Source: Ginglymostoma cirratum
Lineage: Eukaryota
Direction: 5' to 3'
Assembly: GCA_024137785.1 (NCBI GenBank)
Contig: JAHRHZ010000009.1
Coordinates: forward strand, 13,869,477-13,933,476
DNA length: 64,000 nt
This document shows, piece by piece, positions 52,854 to 63,669 of the stretch (within the stretch, counting starts at the first letter, position 1; each line of letters begins with the position of its first letter). The position numbers were made by a program, and so were the translations under genes. The notes beneath the pieces were generated by a model. That model searched no databases and was not told the origin of the DNA. It saw only the letters and a program-made list of their open reading frames with translations.

Positions 52854-53235
52854 AGGCAGCATCCAGAGGAAAGGAGCAGTCAATGTTTTGGGTATAACCC
52901 TTCTTCAGGACTATGGTAGTTCAGTGGTAGAATTCTTGCCTCCCACCTCCCAGGAAGCCTGGGTTCGATTTCGGGCCAGTGCATAGCTATCCTTTCTTTG
53001 TGTGAGTCCCTTCCTCACTGCCACCTCCCTCAGATGTGAACTTAGTGAGTCCCTTTCTCACTGCCACGCTGGAGCCCTGAAGAAGGGTAATACCCGAAAC
53101 GTTGGCTGCTCCTTTCCTCCAGATACTGTCAGGATTTGATTTGATTTGATATATTATTGTTACATATGCAATGTTCTTCCAGCTTCCTGTCTGTCTACCT
53201 TGGATTCCAGCATCCGCAGTTTTTTTGTCTCTAAC
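52854..53235 (+). mobile_element. composite element: inverted Penelope terminus + tRNA-Gly-derived head + linker + Penelope terminus with hammerhead
   Basis: TSD caaatcaaatcc at 52842-52853 and 53236-53247; see findings. Confidence 0.7.
52913..52983 (+). pseudogene. tRNA-Gly(CCC)-derived pseudogene / SINE head
   Basis: tggtagttcagtggtagaattcttgcctcccac...cctgggttcgatttcgggccagtgca matches recalled vertebrate tRNA-Gly (TGGTGGTTCAGTGGTAGAATTCTCGCCTCCCAC...CCCGGGTTCRATTCCCGGCCAATGCA); anticodon arm disrupted. Confidence 0.8.
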
Positions 53236-53384
53236 CAAATCAAATCCTGTTTCTCGTTGCTGTGCTTCAATGTTTCACTTGAGATGGAAAGTTTTTAGGA
53301 TAAAGTGTACACATGAAAGACCAAATGGGTTCCTCTGCTGTAAGAGGTTACCATTTTAACCAACCTATTGTTTGTCAAATTCAG

Positions 53385-53535
53385 GGACAACCAGGTGTGG
53401 GACTACCTGGCCCCCGGGGATTTCCAGGTGCCCCAGGACTACATGGAGTTCAAGGAGATAAAGGTGACCCAGGAATCCCTGGAATACCAGGACCACCAGG
53501 AAACCCTGGCTTACCTGGCCTCCCAGGTGATACAG
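53385..53535 (+). CDS. collagen IV alpha chain exon 30
   Basis: attcag|...|gtgagc; 151 nt; [15 protein letters not shown]...GLPGDT(G). Confidence 0.95.
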
Positions 53536-54286
53536 GTGAGCAATAGGCCCAATGAAAGGTGCACGAAATGAACTTCAGTTGTACCTATAAAGTGAGAGCT
53601 CGAAAGGAAATTAGGTTCTGTTTCTCAAGTTCTTTTAAAAATCACTTCGAAAGTCACTTCATGAATGTCAACGGGCTCCTTAAGTCATAATTTACGGTCA
53701 GTGCTGTAATGGAGGGAGCCATTACTCTCAGTTAATTAGCTAGTTAATTAATTGGTTAGTTAGCAATGTACAAATAGAGGACAAGATCTCGCCGACTACA
53801 TTTTCTGCACTACACCTTAATGGACAATTCCAATCAAGACATCTCCACTGGTTTCTCAATAGTCACCACAGATGTTAATGATACTATACGTCATCAAATC
53901 TCATTAAAACGTAACAGATTATAATTCTGCACTTTTGATGACAACGCTTTGAAACTGCCTCAAAAGCAGCTGTTCACATTCAAGTGTCTTTGCTCCCTTT
54001 CCTTTAATAGCACACCCCTGGTTACAGAAAGCTGCACTCTGCACTTATTCACAGGCATGGAGCTTCACCAAGCCAGCCATGGCCCTGGGTTTGTTGGCTG
54101 AGCTCTAATCTGGCACAGAAGCACAAATCAAAAACTGCTTGTGAGTCTCCTTCACCCCTGCTCACAGCTGAGCTGAGCTATTAATGGTTTCTTCCAAACT
54201 CCCACAGCCTCCACAAATTTTCCTGAGCCCTAACTCTAACATTAACAGTACCTACTGACTCCTAGACCACTTTTGAGTTTTGATTG

Positions 54287-54501
54287 TGTCAGAAGTCATA
54301 TGACACCAGGTTATAGTCCAACAGGTTTATTTGAAATCACAAGCTTCTGGAGTGCTGCTCCTTCGTCAGGACCCACTTCACCTGATGAAGGAGCAGAGCT
54401 CCTGAAGCTTGTGATTTCAAATAAACCTGGTGAGCTATAACCTGGTGTCACCTGACTTCTGACTTTGTCCGCCCCAGTACAACAAAGGCACTTCCACATC
54501 A
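54287..54501. mobile_element. palindromic Penelope-terminus element (family 2)
   Basis: Inverted arms; TCAC-CTGATGA-A-GGAGC-aga-GCTCC-tgAAG-CTT-GTGA at 54378-54414; TSD tgagtt(t/c)tgattg at 54274-54286 and 54502-54514. Confidence 0.8.
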
Positions 54502-55047
54502 TGAGTTCTGATTGAACAGAGCTATCCAACTGCTCTTAACTTCTCATGGATGCAAAATGTTACTGTTAGTTGTGCATCTGCCGACTTGTATCTGAGTTTG
54601 GGTTGTACAGAGCCAGATGTTCCAGGTCACCTCCTCAGCAGCACTGTTTAACAGCCCTCTTGATCTTGCCTCTGCCTCTATCTGTCTTCCAATTCCTGAT
54701 AACTCTGACCCTCGAGCAGCTCTTCAGTGACCCCAGAACTGTTTTGAGTGACCTACTGTAAACATTGCAAAAAGCCCCTGCCTCCCGGGCCAGGCAAAAT
54801 GGAACATAACTAATATTGTGGAACATACAAATGGAGCAATCCCATGGTGCTTTCTCTCCCCTGAATGCCGTCAAGTGCTTTGTTGAAACTGAATGATCTG
54901 AATGTTCACACGTGCCACCTGTGACCCAATGTTTCTGAGCAATGAGGTGATCAGAGTTTCTGTCATTGTGGTTAATGATTAGGAAGGTAGATTTTGGGCT
55001 TCACTGTCGCCAGTTTGAAGATTAACCATGGAGCTTTAACAACTTGA

Positions 55048-55257
<210 letters not shown>

Positions 55258-55419
55258 TGACCACAGAATGGCGCAGAGGGCTTCATAGCCAACGCAGTGC
55301 TTTTAAAATGCAGTCACTGTCGGAATGTAGGAAATGCAACAACCAATTTACGTACAGCAAGATCCCATAAACAACAGTGCAATAACAAGCAGGTAACATG
55401 CTTTTAGTGATTCTTTTCT

Positions 55420-56520
55420 TTAAAAAAAACATTCATGGATGTGGGCTGGATCAGCAATTGTTGTCCATCGCTGATGGCCCAGGAATGGCAATGGTAAGCT
55501 GCCTTCTTGAACAGCAGCAGTCCTTGTTGTGTAGGTACGTCCACAATGCTGTTAGGAAGATAATTACAGGATTTGGAGCATTACAGACATATATTTCTAA
55601 TCAGGGTGCGGTGTGGCCAGGAGGGGAATTTGCGGGATCATCACGTATCTGCTGTCCTTCACGTGCCAGGTGGCACAGGTCATAGTTTTGAATGGTGCTG
55701 CTGAAGGAGCCATACTGGGATGTATTTTGTAAATTGTGCTCATGGCTGCCACTGTTCATGAGTTCAGGAGGGAAGAGTAGTTGAAGGTGGTAGATGAGAT
55801 GAAATTAAGCAGGCTGCTTTGTTCTCGATGGCTTTGAGTGTCATTGGAGCTGCACCCATCCAGGCAAGTGGGGGGTATTCCATCACACTCCTGACGAGTC
55901 TTGTAGATGGTGGATAGGCTTTGGGGAGTCAGGTGTTAGTTACTCTCTGCGGTATTCCTAGCCTCTGTGATGCCCTCGTAGCCACTGTATTTATTTGGCT
56001 GGACCAATTCAGTTTCTGGTCAATGGTAAGCCCATGGTGCAGATAGTGGTATTCAGCAATAGTGATGCTATTGTATGTTGAGAAGAAATTGTTAGATTCT
56101 CCTTACCGGGAGATGGTCATTGATTGGCAGTTGTGTAATACAGACATTATTTTCCACTTATCAGCGCAAGTTTGGATATAGAATCGCCGCAGTGCGGAAA
56201 CAGGCCATTTGGCACATCTAGTCCACATCAACCCTCTGAAGACCATCCCACCCAGACCCACCCTCCACCCTATCCCTGCATTTCCCATGGCTAATCTACC
56301 TAACCTGCACACTGTGGACAATTTAGCATGGCCAATCCACCCTAACCTGCGCACCGTCGGACTGTGGGAGGAAACCGGAGGAAACCTACAAATGTGCAAA
56401 CTCCTCACAAACAGTTGTCCGAGAGTGGAATTGAACCCAGGTCTCTGGCTCTGTGAGGCAGCAGTGCTAACACTGAGCCACCATGCCACCCCAATATTGA
56501 CCAGGTCTTGCTGTGTGCAA
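55420..56520 (-). mobile_element. LINE fragment (L2/CR1 clade) containing an HE1 SINE
   Basis: attcatggatgtgggctgg tail; catccaggcaagtgggggtattccatcacactcctgac; similar to 17435-17985. Confidence 0.7.
56178..56492 (-). mobile_element. HE1-like SINE
   Basis: Head gggtggcatggtggctcagtgttagcactgctgcctcacag on the minus strand. Confidence 0.85.
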
Positions 56521-57010
56521 ACAAATGTTAGCTGATGAGTGAATATTGGCCTTAAGACACTTCTACTCTTCTGACATCCAACTGAGAGGCCAGTGGGGGC
56601 TTTGCCCAAACAATGGCACTTCGGGCAGTGCCATAGTCCCTTAAGTCCTGCACTAGGCACATCACTTCCCTGCTGTGGGTCTTGTGGAACCATGAATTTC
56701 TGACTCAGAAGCAGAAGTGCTCTTACTGAGCGACGTGTAAGGAGGGAAATCAAAGGGAAGGAATGAGAAAAAGAAACAGCAACATTAGAATTGTAAAGGA
56801 GCAACAACAAAGTTACCAAAAGGAAAGTAAATAATAGACAAGAATAGGGAGATGGAATATGTGTGAATAATTAGCTTCGGCATGCTACACTGGGCTGCAA
56901 GTTTTATTTTCTCTGTGACAAATTCTTTATTTATCTTTGTATCAAATGCCACAGAATGTCAATCAGCAATTAAGTGTTTAATTATGTGACAATTCTTTTT
57001 TATAATGCAG

Positions 57011-57178
57011 GATTCCAGGGATTAGCAGGCGTGAAGGGTGACCCTGGCTTTCCAGGTCTGGACATCCCAGGGCCACAGGGGGAAAAGGGGAATCAAGGAT
57101 TTAAAGGTCTTCCTGGACCACCAGGTCTTCCAGGGCAAATTGGTTTCCCAGGAAAAGATGGTCCTCCAGGATTTCAAG
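57011..57178 (+). CDS. collagen IV alpha chain exon 32
   Basis: atgcag|...|gtaagc; 168 nt; (G)[26 protein letters not shown]...GFQ(G). Confidence 0.95.
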
Positions 57179-58598
57179 GTAAGCTATCATTTACAGAACT
57201 ATTACCCTGGCCAAATTCTCAGACCTGCCTATGGAAAACTCTTAGGAAAGGCAGTTTGAAATCCAGAATCAAAATCCTAGAAAGAACCATTCAACCCATC
57301 GTTGCTATGCTGGAACTGTAAAGGAGTGATCTAATTAGACCCAGCCACCCTGTTTGTGTATATTTCAAATATTTATCCAATTTTTCTTTGAAAGTTACTG
57401 TTGAATCTACTTCCAGGCAGATGTTTCAGATCTTAACAACTCGCTACCTAGAACAAAAGTTTCTTCATCTTCCATCCCGATTCTTTAAACAATTTTCAAA
57501 ACCTGTAAACTGGTTAATTAGAAACAATTTCTCCCCATTTATCTTATATAACCATTGAACAGGGTTGAACCCTTGACCTTGAACTCCTCTTGTGAAATCA
57601 CTTCTCAACCTTTAACACTCTGCAAGGAAAACAATTCCCACTTCTCCGGCCTTTTCACGAACTGAGGTTCTATATGATTAGGTGGGTTACGAGGGATGGG
57701 TCTGGGTGGGACGCTCTGAGGGTCAGTGTGGACCTGTTGGGCCGAAGGCCCTGTTTCCACACTGTCGGAATCCTATATGCTTGGTTCCATTCCCTTAGCC
57801 CCTCTCCAAGATTTTGATAACCTTACAAAAGTGGTGGCCAGAATTGGATACAATACTTCATTTGAAGCATAACTACTGTTTTATAAAGTTTTTAGCATAA
57901 CTTCCTTGATTTTATACTCTATACTATTATTTATAAATGCTATGCTTTTCAATAGCCTTCACAACCTGTTCTGTGTATGTAAATTGTGGGTCATTGTTGC
58001 TGCAGCCTATTTTGTACCATTTAGTTCATGCTGCCTCTCTTTATTCTTCCTTCCAAAGTTACCAATTCTAATTAAATTTCCAGTTGAGTTATTAACCAAC
58101 AGCAATTTCTAACAACTGTTGAGTTCTGATAGTTATGAGGTAGAAGAACTCCATAAAGACAAGCTCAGGAATGAACAACAAATCAATCCCTTCCCTTTGA
58201 GACCAGACAAGTTGGATATTTTCAATAATTTATCATTAGTTATCATTGATAGTCGGAGTTACAGAAACAGGGTAAGTATAACTAGACTGCCATCTACCCA
58301 AGAAACGCAAGCTAGCAAAGTGAAACATTGCAAGATTTATTTTTCATGTGATGGATTCTCAGCTTCACAATGTTGCTGTGAATCTGAGATGATTCTGAAA
58401 CAAAGAAAAGTCTCAATCTATACCATTCTGGGTTCAGACTAGACTCCATTCCTGGATTGGTATGAAATTAGACTATTTTGTACTGACATTAAGTTTACAC
58501 CCAGCTATTGTGTGCCTACCACCTATTGTATAACCGTCAGTGTTGGATTTCATTCTGATTCCAAGCTCGAAAACTGTTTCCAATTTATGCCATTATAG

Positions 58599-58688
58599 GT
58601 CCCAAAGGAGAAATGGGGGTCATGGGTACGCCTGGAAGCCAAGGTTTACCTGGATCTCCAGGGAATGTGGGATTTTCTGGTCTGAAAG
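58599..58688 (+). CDS. collagen IV alpha chain exon 33
   Basis: ttatag|...|gtcagt; 90 nt; (G)PKGEMGVMGTPGSQGLPGSPGNVGFSGLK(G). Confidence 0.95.
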
Positions 58689-59578
58689 GTCAGTGTGTAC
58701 ATTCTTTTCCAAGCTTGTTTTGATTGATATCATGTCAACTGGAAGTACATTATATCTTGTGATATTTTGGGAGGTTGCGTTTGGCAATGCATGCTTGTGT
58801 CACAGGAAATAGTTGATTATTCAATATAAAAGAAAGAGCTTGCATTTAAATAGCATCTATTGCAAAATCGGGACATCCCAGAAACTTTATGGGGGTGGCA
58901 AGGGAGAGGAATGTTGTTGTAATATTTTCTGCATTGATAATAGACACATACGTTTTTGAAAACAAAATTGGCATTCCTTGTGACGAACGTTCTGTGGACC
59001 TGTGCACCCATCCTTTAATCTCTATCTTCTGTTTGGCAAAGCTGCATTGAATGCTCCATGTCAGAATGAAACCATTTTGTATGATACCATCTCAGTCTCA
59101 CTTAACATTCCCTCCAGCATTCTCAGCTCCTTGCTGTCCCCTCGTCATGCTTCATGTATGTCCACCCTCACCACGTCCCTGCTTCATTTTTCAAAGCTCA
59201 TTCTCAGGATATAGGTGTTATTGCCCATCATCTTTCACTGAACTACCTTCTTGAAACCCTGAAATCCATAGGGACAGCCACAGCTGTTCTAGGAGCCTCA
59301 CCCAATGACAGTCAAGAGATGACTATGTAATTTCAAATTAGGAGGGTGTGTGACTCAGAGGGTGGTGTCCCCATATGTCTGCTGCTCTTGGTGAGTGTCA
59401 CAAAGAATCTTTTGAACTGTGAAGTTAGCCAAAATGCTCTTTTTGACCATGTGTATTTCTGTGCTCAGAAATATATATTGTCAAATAAAGTTGCCATGTT
59501 TAATCAGGGATTGAGCTCCATGCGATGGTCTCAGATTAGAATAGAAGGTGATCATTAGGTTTCACTAAACTATTGCCT

Positions 59579-59652
59579 GTCTCTGTGGCGCAATAGGCTA
59601 GTGCATCTGGCCCTTAACCAGATGGTTGGTGGTTTGAGACCATCCAGAGACA
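59579..59652 (+). tRNA. tRNA-Asn-derived gene/pseudogene with CTT anticodon
   Basis: Full cloverleaf: acceptor GTCTCTG/CAGAGAC, D GCGC/GTGC, anticodon TCTGG/CCAGA with loop CCCTTAA, T GGTGG/CCATC with loop TTTGAGA; T5 run at 59665-59669. Confidence 0.6.
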
Positions 59653-59669
59653 AAGTGCATGCTCTTTTT

Positions 59670-59948
59670 GGGTGGCTCAATGGTTAGCACTGCTGCCTCA
59701 CAGCACCAGGGACCTGGGTTTGATTCCACCCTTGGGTGACTGTCTGTGTGGAGTTTGCACATTCTCCCTGTGTCTGAATGGGTTTCCTCTCAAAGTCCAA
59801 AGATGTGCAGGTGAGGTGGATTGGCCATAGGAAATTGCCCAGTGTTCAGGGAGGTGTAGATCCGGGGGATGGGTCTGGGTGGGATTCTCTGAGGGTCAGT
59901 GTGGGCTTGTTGGGCTGAAAGGCCTGTTCCCACACTGTCGGGATTCTA
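59670..59948 (+). mobile_element. HE1-like SINE
   Basis: ggtggctcaatggttagcactgctgcctcacagcaccagggacctggg head and V-domain. Confidence 0.85.
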
Positions 59949-60204
59949 ATGTCAAGGTAAAATAAATTAGCTGTAATTTTCCCTGTTGGGTGGTGCTGAC
60001 CAGGAGGCCACTTTGCAGATTTTGGTGCGAGCCAGATTTCCCTCCCTCTGTTCTCGTCAGGGAAACTGTTTGCTGCGACTCAGTTCTTCAGCTTGGTGAA
60101 GACTGTCTGTGTTTATCAGACACTCATGAGTCACCAACAGCACGGCCAGGAGTAAGTGCAAAGCTCAGAATAGAAACTAATAAATCTGGCCAGCATCTCT
60201 ATCT

Positions 60205-60672
60205 GAGGGTTGCTACTGTCCATCGACACAGCTAAGTGCGAGCTGGAGGGTCAGCACCTCATTTTCCTCTACAGCCTCCTGGACTCAATATCATGTTCAA
60301 CAATTTTAGGGCTTGAAACACCATCTCCCATGTCCTTATCCCAATCCCCACACACCAGGCCCTGTTATCACCCGGTATGCTGTTACACACAGCCCATCAT
60401 TAGACCCTAATCATCCACGAATAGCTATTCATTCTCCCAGGTTGATCATTATCCGCTCCTTTGTCTGTCCAACTGTTCTTCTGTCTGTCTGGGCTCTATC
60501 TCCACATATTGTTTACTCCTTACCCCTCTCCCCCACCCTATCTTCTGCATAAAACCCAGCTTTTACCATCAGTTCTGAGGAAGGGTGACTTAACTTGAAA
60601 CATTCACTCTGATTTCTCTCCACAGCTGCTGTCAGACCTGCTGAGCTTTCCCAGCAATTTCTGTTTTTGTTT
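60205..60672 (+). mobile_element. Penelope-like 3' fragment
   Basis: Translates KCELEGQHLIF (GIY-YIG C-terminus), then pyrimidine-rich UTR and a decayed ctgaggaagggt...tgaaac terminus. Confidence 0.75.
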
Positions 60673-60797
60673 GTGAGCAAATAAATCTCTCTGTTTCTCA
60701 TGACTTTGATGCACCTTATAAGACAGAGGCAGAAGGATTTGAGTGAGCTTTCCTAATTTGAAGAGTGTGTATCTCTCAATGTTTTTTTTCTCATCAG

Positions 60798-60950
60798 GTG
60801 ACAAAGGTTTGCCTGGTTTTCCGGGGCCCCCTGGGAAAGGAGGTGAGAAGGGGACCAAAGGAGAAGTTGGTCTTGTGGGAAAGCCTGGAGTCATAGACAA
60901 AAATGAGATGGAAAAAATGAAAGGACAGAAAGGAGATGCAGGAGATCCAG
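60798..60950 (+). CDS. collagen IV alpha chain exon 34
   Basis: catcag|...|gtcaat; 153 nt; (G)[50 protein letters not shown](G). Confidence 0.93.
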
Positions 60951-61104
60951 GTCAATGAATTCAGCTTTGATTTTTCATAACAACAGTGTATTCTATGCAT
61001 GTGCTGTGTTCTTGCGTATCTGCTTCTGTTTACATGTATGTAGTAGTGTGTATTGTGTGTGTGTGCATGTACGTAAGTGCGTGTGAGTGTGTGAGTGGTC
61101 TTTT

Positions 61105-61772
61105 GAAGGGAAGGCATCATTTCATTGGAGGCAGCTCAGAAAACATTCACTGGGATGATCCCTGGTCTGGAGGGACTGTCTTATGAGCAACGATTAAACA
61201 GGTTGAGACTCTACTCAGTTCTGAGGAAGGGCCACCGGACCCGAAACGTCAACTGTTTTTCCCTTCAGAGATGCTGCCAGACCTGCTCAGCTTTTCCAGC
61301 AACTTCTGTTTTTGTTCCTGATTTACAACATCCACAGTTCTTTTGTTTTTTATTGAGACTTTATTCATTTGAATTTAGAAGAATGTGAAGTGATCCCATT
61401 GAAATATATAGAATTTTTAAGGGGCTCGACAGGGTAAATGCTGAGGTGATCTTTCCCCTCATGAGAGGATAAAAGACCACAGGGTATAGACTAGGAATAA
61501 AGGGGAGCCAAGACTGAGATGAGGAGCAATTTCTTCTCTCAGAGGGTTGTGAGTCTTTGAAATTCCTTGTCACAGAGATCTGTGGGGATAGAGTCCTTGT
61601 GTATATTTCTGCTGAGACAGATTCTTGATCGGTCGAAGAATCATAGGTGATGGGGAAAGTGTATGTAGGAAAGTGACCATGAGGAATGTCAGAGCAACCA
61701 TGATCCTTTTGAATGGTAGAGCAGGCTGGAGGGGCTGAATGGCCTATTCCTGCTCCTATTTCTTATGGCCTT
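61105..61772 (+). mobile_element. CR1 LINE 3' fragment interrupted by a Penelope-terminus element
   Basis: EAAQKTFTGMIPGLEGLSYEQRLNRLRLYS|...|FEFRRM; ggcctattcctgctcctatttcttatg tail. Confidence 0.85.
61216..61255 (+). ncRNA. minimal type I hammerhead ribozyme motif (Penelope-type)
   Basis: Stem I CAGTT/AACTG; core CTGAGGA; stem II GGGcC-accg-GaCCC; GAAAC; cleavage triplet GTC; palindromic ACGT helix III. Confidence 0.65.
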
Positions 61773-61903
61773 AAATCTACAAACCTATATGTAGGGGCAC
61801 ATTTTCTGTCTGCTTCCTGTTACCATAACTCTCAATTTGCAATTACCTTTTGATGTTAATTTTTAATGTTGAACCAACTTATTCAATCTGAAATTGATTT
61901 TTG

Positions 61904-62424
61904 GAGATAATAGGAACTGCAGATGCTGGAGAATCTGAGATAACAAGGTGTAGAGCTGGATGAACACAGCAGGCCAAGCAGCATCAGAGGAGCAGGAAGG
62001 CTGACGTTTNNNNNNNNNNNNNNNNNNNNNNNNNNNNNNNNNNNNNNNNNNNNNNNNNNNNNNNNNNNNNNNNNNNNNNNNNNNNNNNNNNNNNNNNNNN
62101 NNNNNNNNNNNNNNNNNNNNNNNNNNNNNNNNNNNNNNNNNNNNNNNNNNNNNNNNNNNNNNNNNNNNNNNNNNNNNNNNNNNNNNNNNNNNNNNNNNNN
62201 NNNNNNNNNNNNNNNNNNNNNNNNNNNNNNNNNNNNNNNNNNNNNNNNNNNNNNNNNNNNNNNNNNNNNNNNNNNNNNNNNNNNNNNNNNNNNNNNNNNN
62301 NNNNNNNNNNNNNNNNNNNNNNNNNNNNNNNNNNNNNNNNNNNNNNNNNNNNNNNNNNNNNNNNNNNNNNNNNNNNNNNNNNNNNNNNNNNNNNNNNNNN
62401 NNNNNNNNNAGCTCTACACCTTAT
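61904..62424. mobile_element. palindromic Penelope-terminus element spanning an assembly gap
   Basis: Left arm as at 39316; right end agctctacacctt is its inverse; exact 18-bp TSD atctgaaattgatttttg at 61886-61903 and 62425-62442. Confidence 0.75.
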
Positions 62425-63089
62425 ATCTGAAATTGATTTTTGTTGGGAATGCAAAACTAGTGATAACAAATCAGGCCGTGCGTTCTCCAGCCAGCCAACT
62501 GGCTTTCTGATGAATAAATCAGTTAGGGAATCCTGACTGGGATGCCATGAGAAGTTGAGGATTTGAAGGGATTCAGTGCAGGTCACAGAGTTTGCAAGGG
62601 CCAGATATGTACCAACAAGGAGCCCGGAGAATTGGGAAAGCATGAGTTGGTGCTGCCCCCTTCAGGTCTTGAAGCTTTTCCAGTAATGGTCAGGACGCTA
62701 GGGCAGATAAGCAAGCCTCCAGCTGTGGTACTTCTTCCTTCACTATTTACTGGGCTAGGGCCATGCGAAGTGAGTTGGCTGTTCCCCTGGGAAGTTACAG
62801 TGTATTTCAAGAGTTGTTTGTCGACTTAGTGCCTCATGGTGAAGTGAGGGAAGATGAAATACCTAAATACCAAGCAGTCATTCAGCAGGCTTGGTTCCAA
62901 TTCGTTTTGGCAAATGCAACCACGGCCAAATGGTTGTTGTAAGAACATAAGAAATTGTTCCAAGAGAAGGCCATTCAGCCCCTCTCGTAGAGGTAGATCA
63001 GGAAAGATGGGAGGAGACTGTAGTGGACCATGGATGCAGACATAATCTGGTTGAGCTGAATAATCCTTTTCTGGGCTCTACATAAAGTA

Positions 63090-63520
63090 CAAGAAGGTTA
63101 TGTTGGAGTTAAATAATACACTAATTCAGGCTCAGCTTGAGTATTGCGACCAATTCTGGTCTCCAGACTTTCAGATTAATATGGAAGTGAATAGAGTGAA
63201 GAAAAGATTCACAAGAATTGTTTCAGGAATGAGGAATTTCAACAACAAAGATACATCAGAGTTGCTTGAAGAAGAGAAGGCTGAATGGAGATCTGATTGA
63301 AGCAATCAAAAGCTAACAGAGTGAATAGGAAGAAAATGCTCTCACTTGTGAGAGAATCGAGAACAGGACGGCATAAAGTAATCAGGGGAAGAAGCAAAAT
63401 AGCACTCAGAAAGTCTTTTACACACAACGAGTGGTTAGGATCTGGAGTGCACTATCCGAGAGTGTGGTGGAGACAGTTTCAGCATGGCACTCCAAAAGGA
63501 ATTAGGCAATTGCTTGAAGA
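63090..63520 (+). mobile_element. old CR1 LINE fragment
   Basis: TLIQAQLEYCDQFWSPDF...VKKRFTRIVSGM. Confidence 0.75.
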
Positions 63521-63669
63521 ATAATGAAAACAATGTCGGCAGCTTGAAAGCTCTTAACAAATGAGTCCCCCTCAATGTAACTTGTAACTATCACCTGTAC
63601 ATGCTGTAAAAAAAACACGACTCCTTCTCATGAAACCGTCTTTTTTAAAGTTCAAACTTTTCTCTGCAG

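Noticed and set aside
52913-52983. Functional tRNA-Gly gene
   Set aside because: The 5' acceptor strand is truncated and the anticodon stem is disrupted by an insertion; kept only as a pseudogene or SINE head.
56103-56819. 238-aa minus-strand ORF
   Set aside because: Runs through three unrelated nested repeats; a chance open frame.
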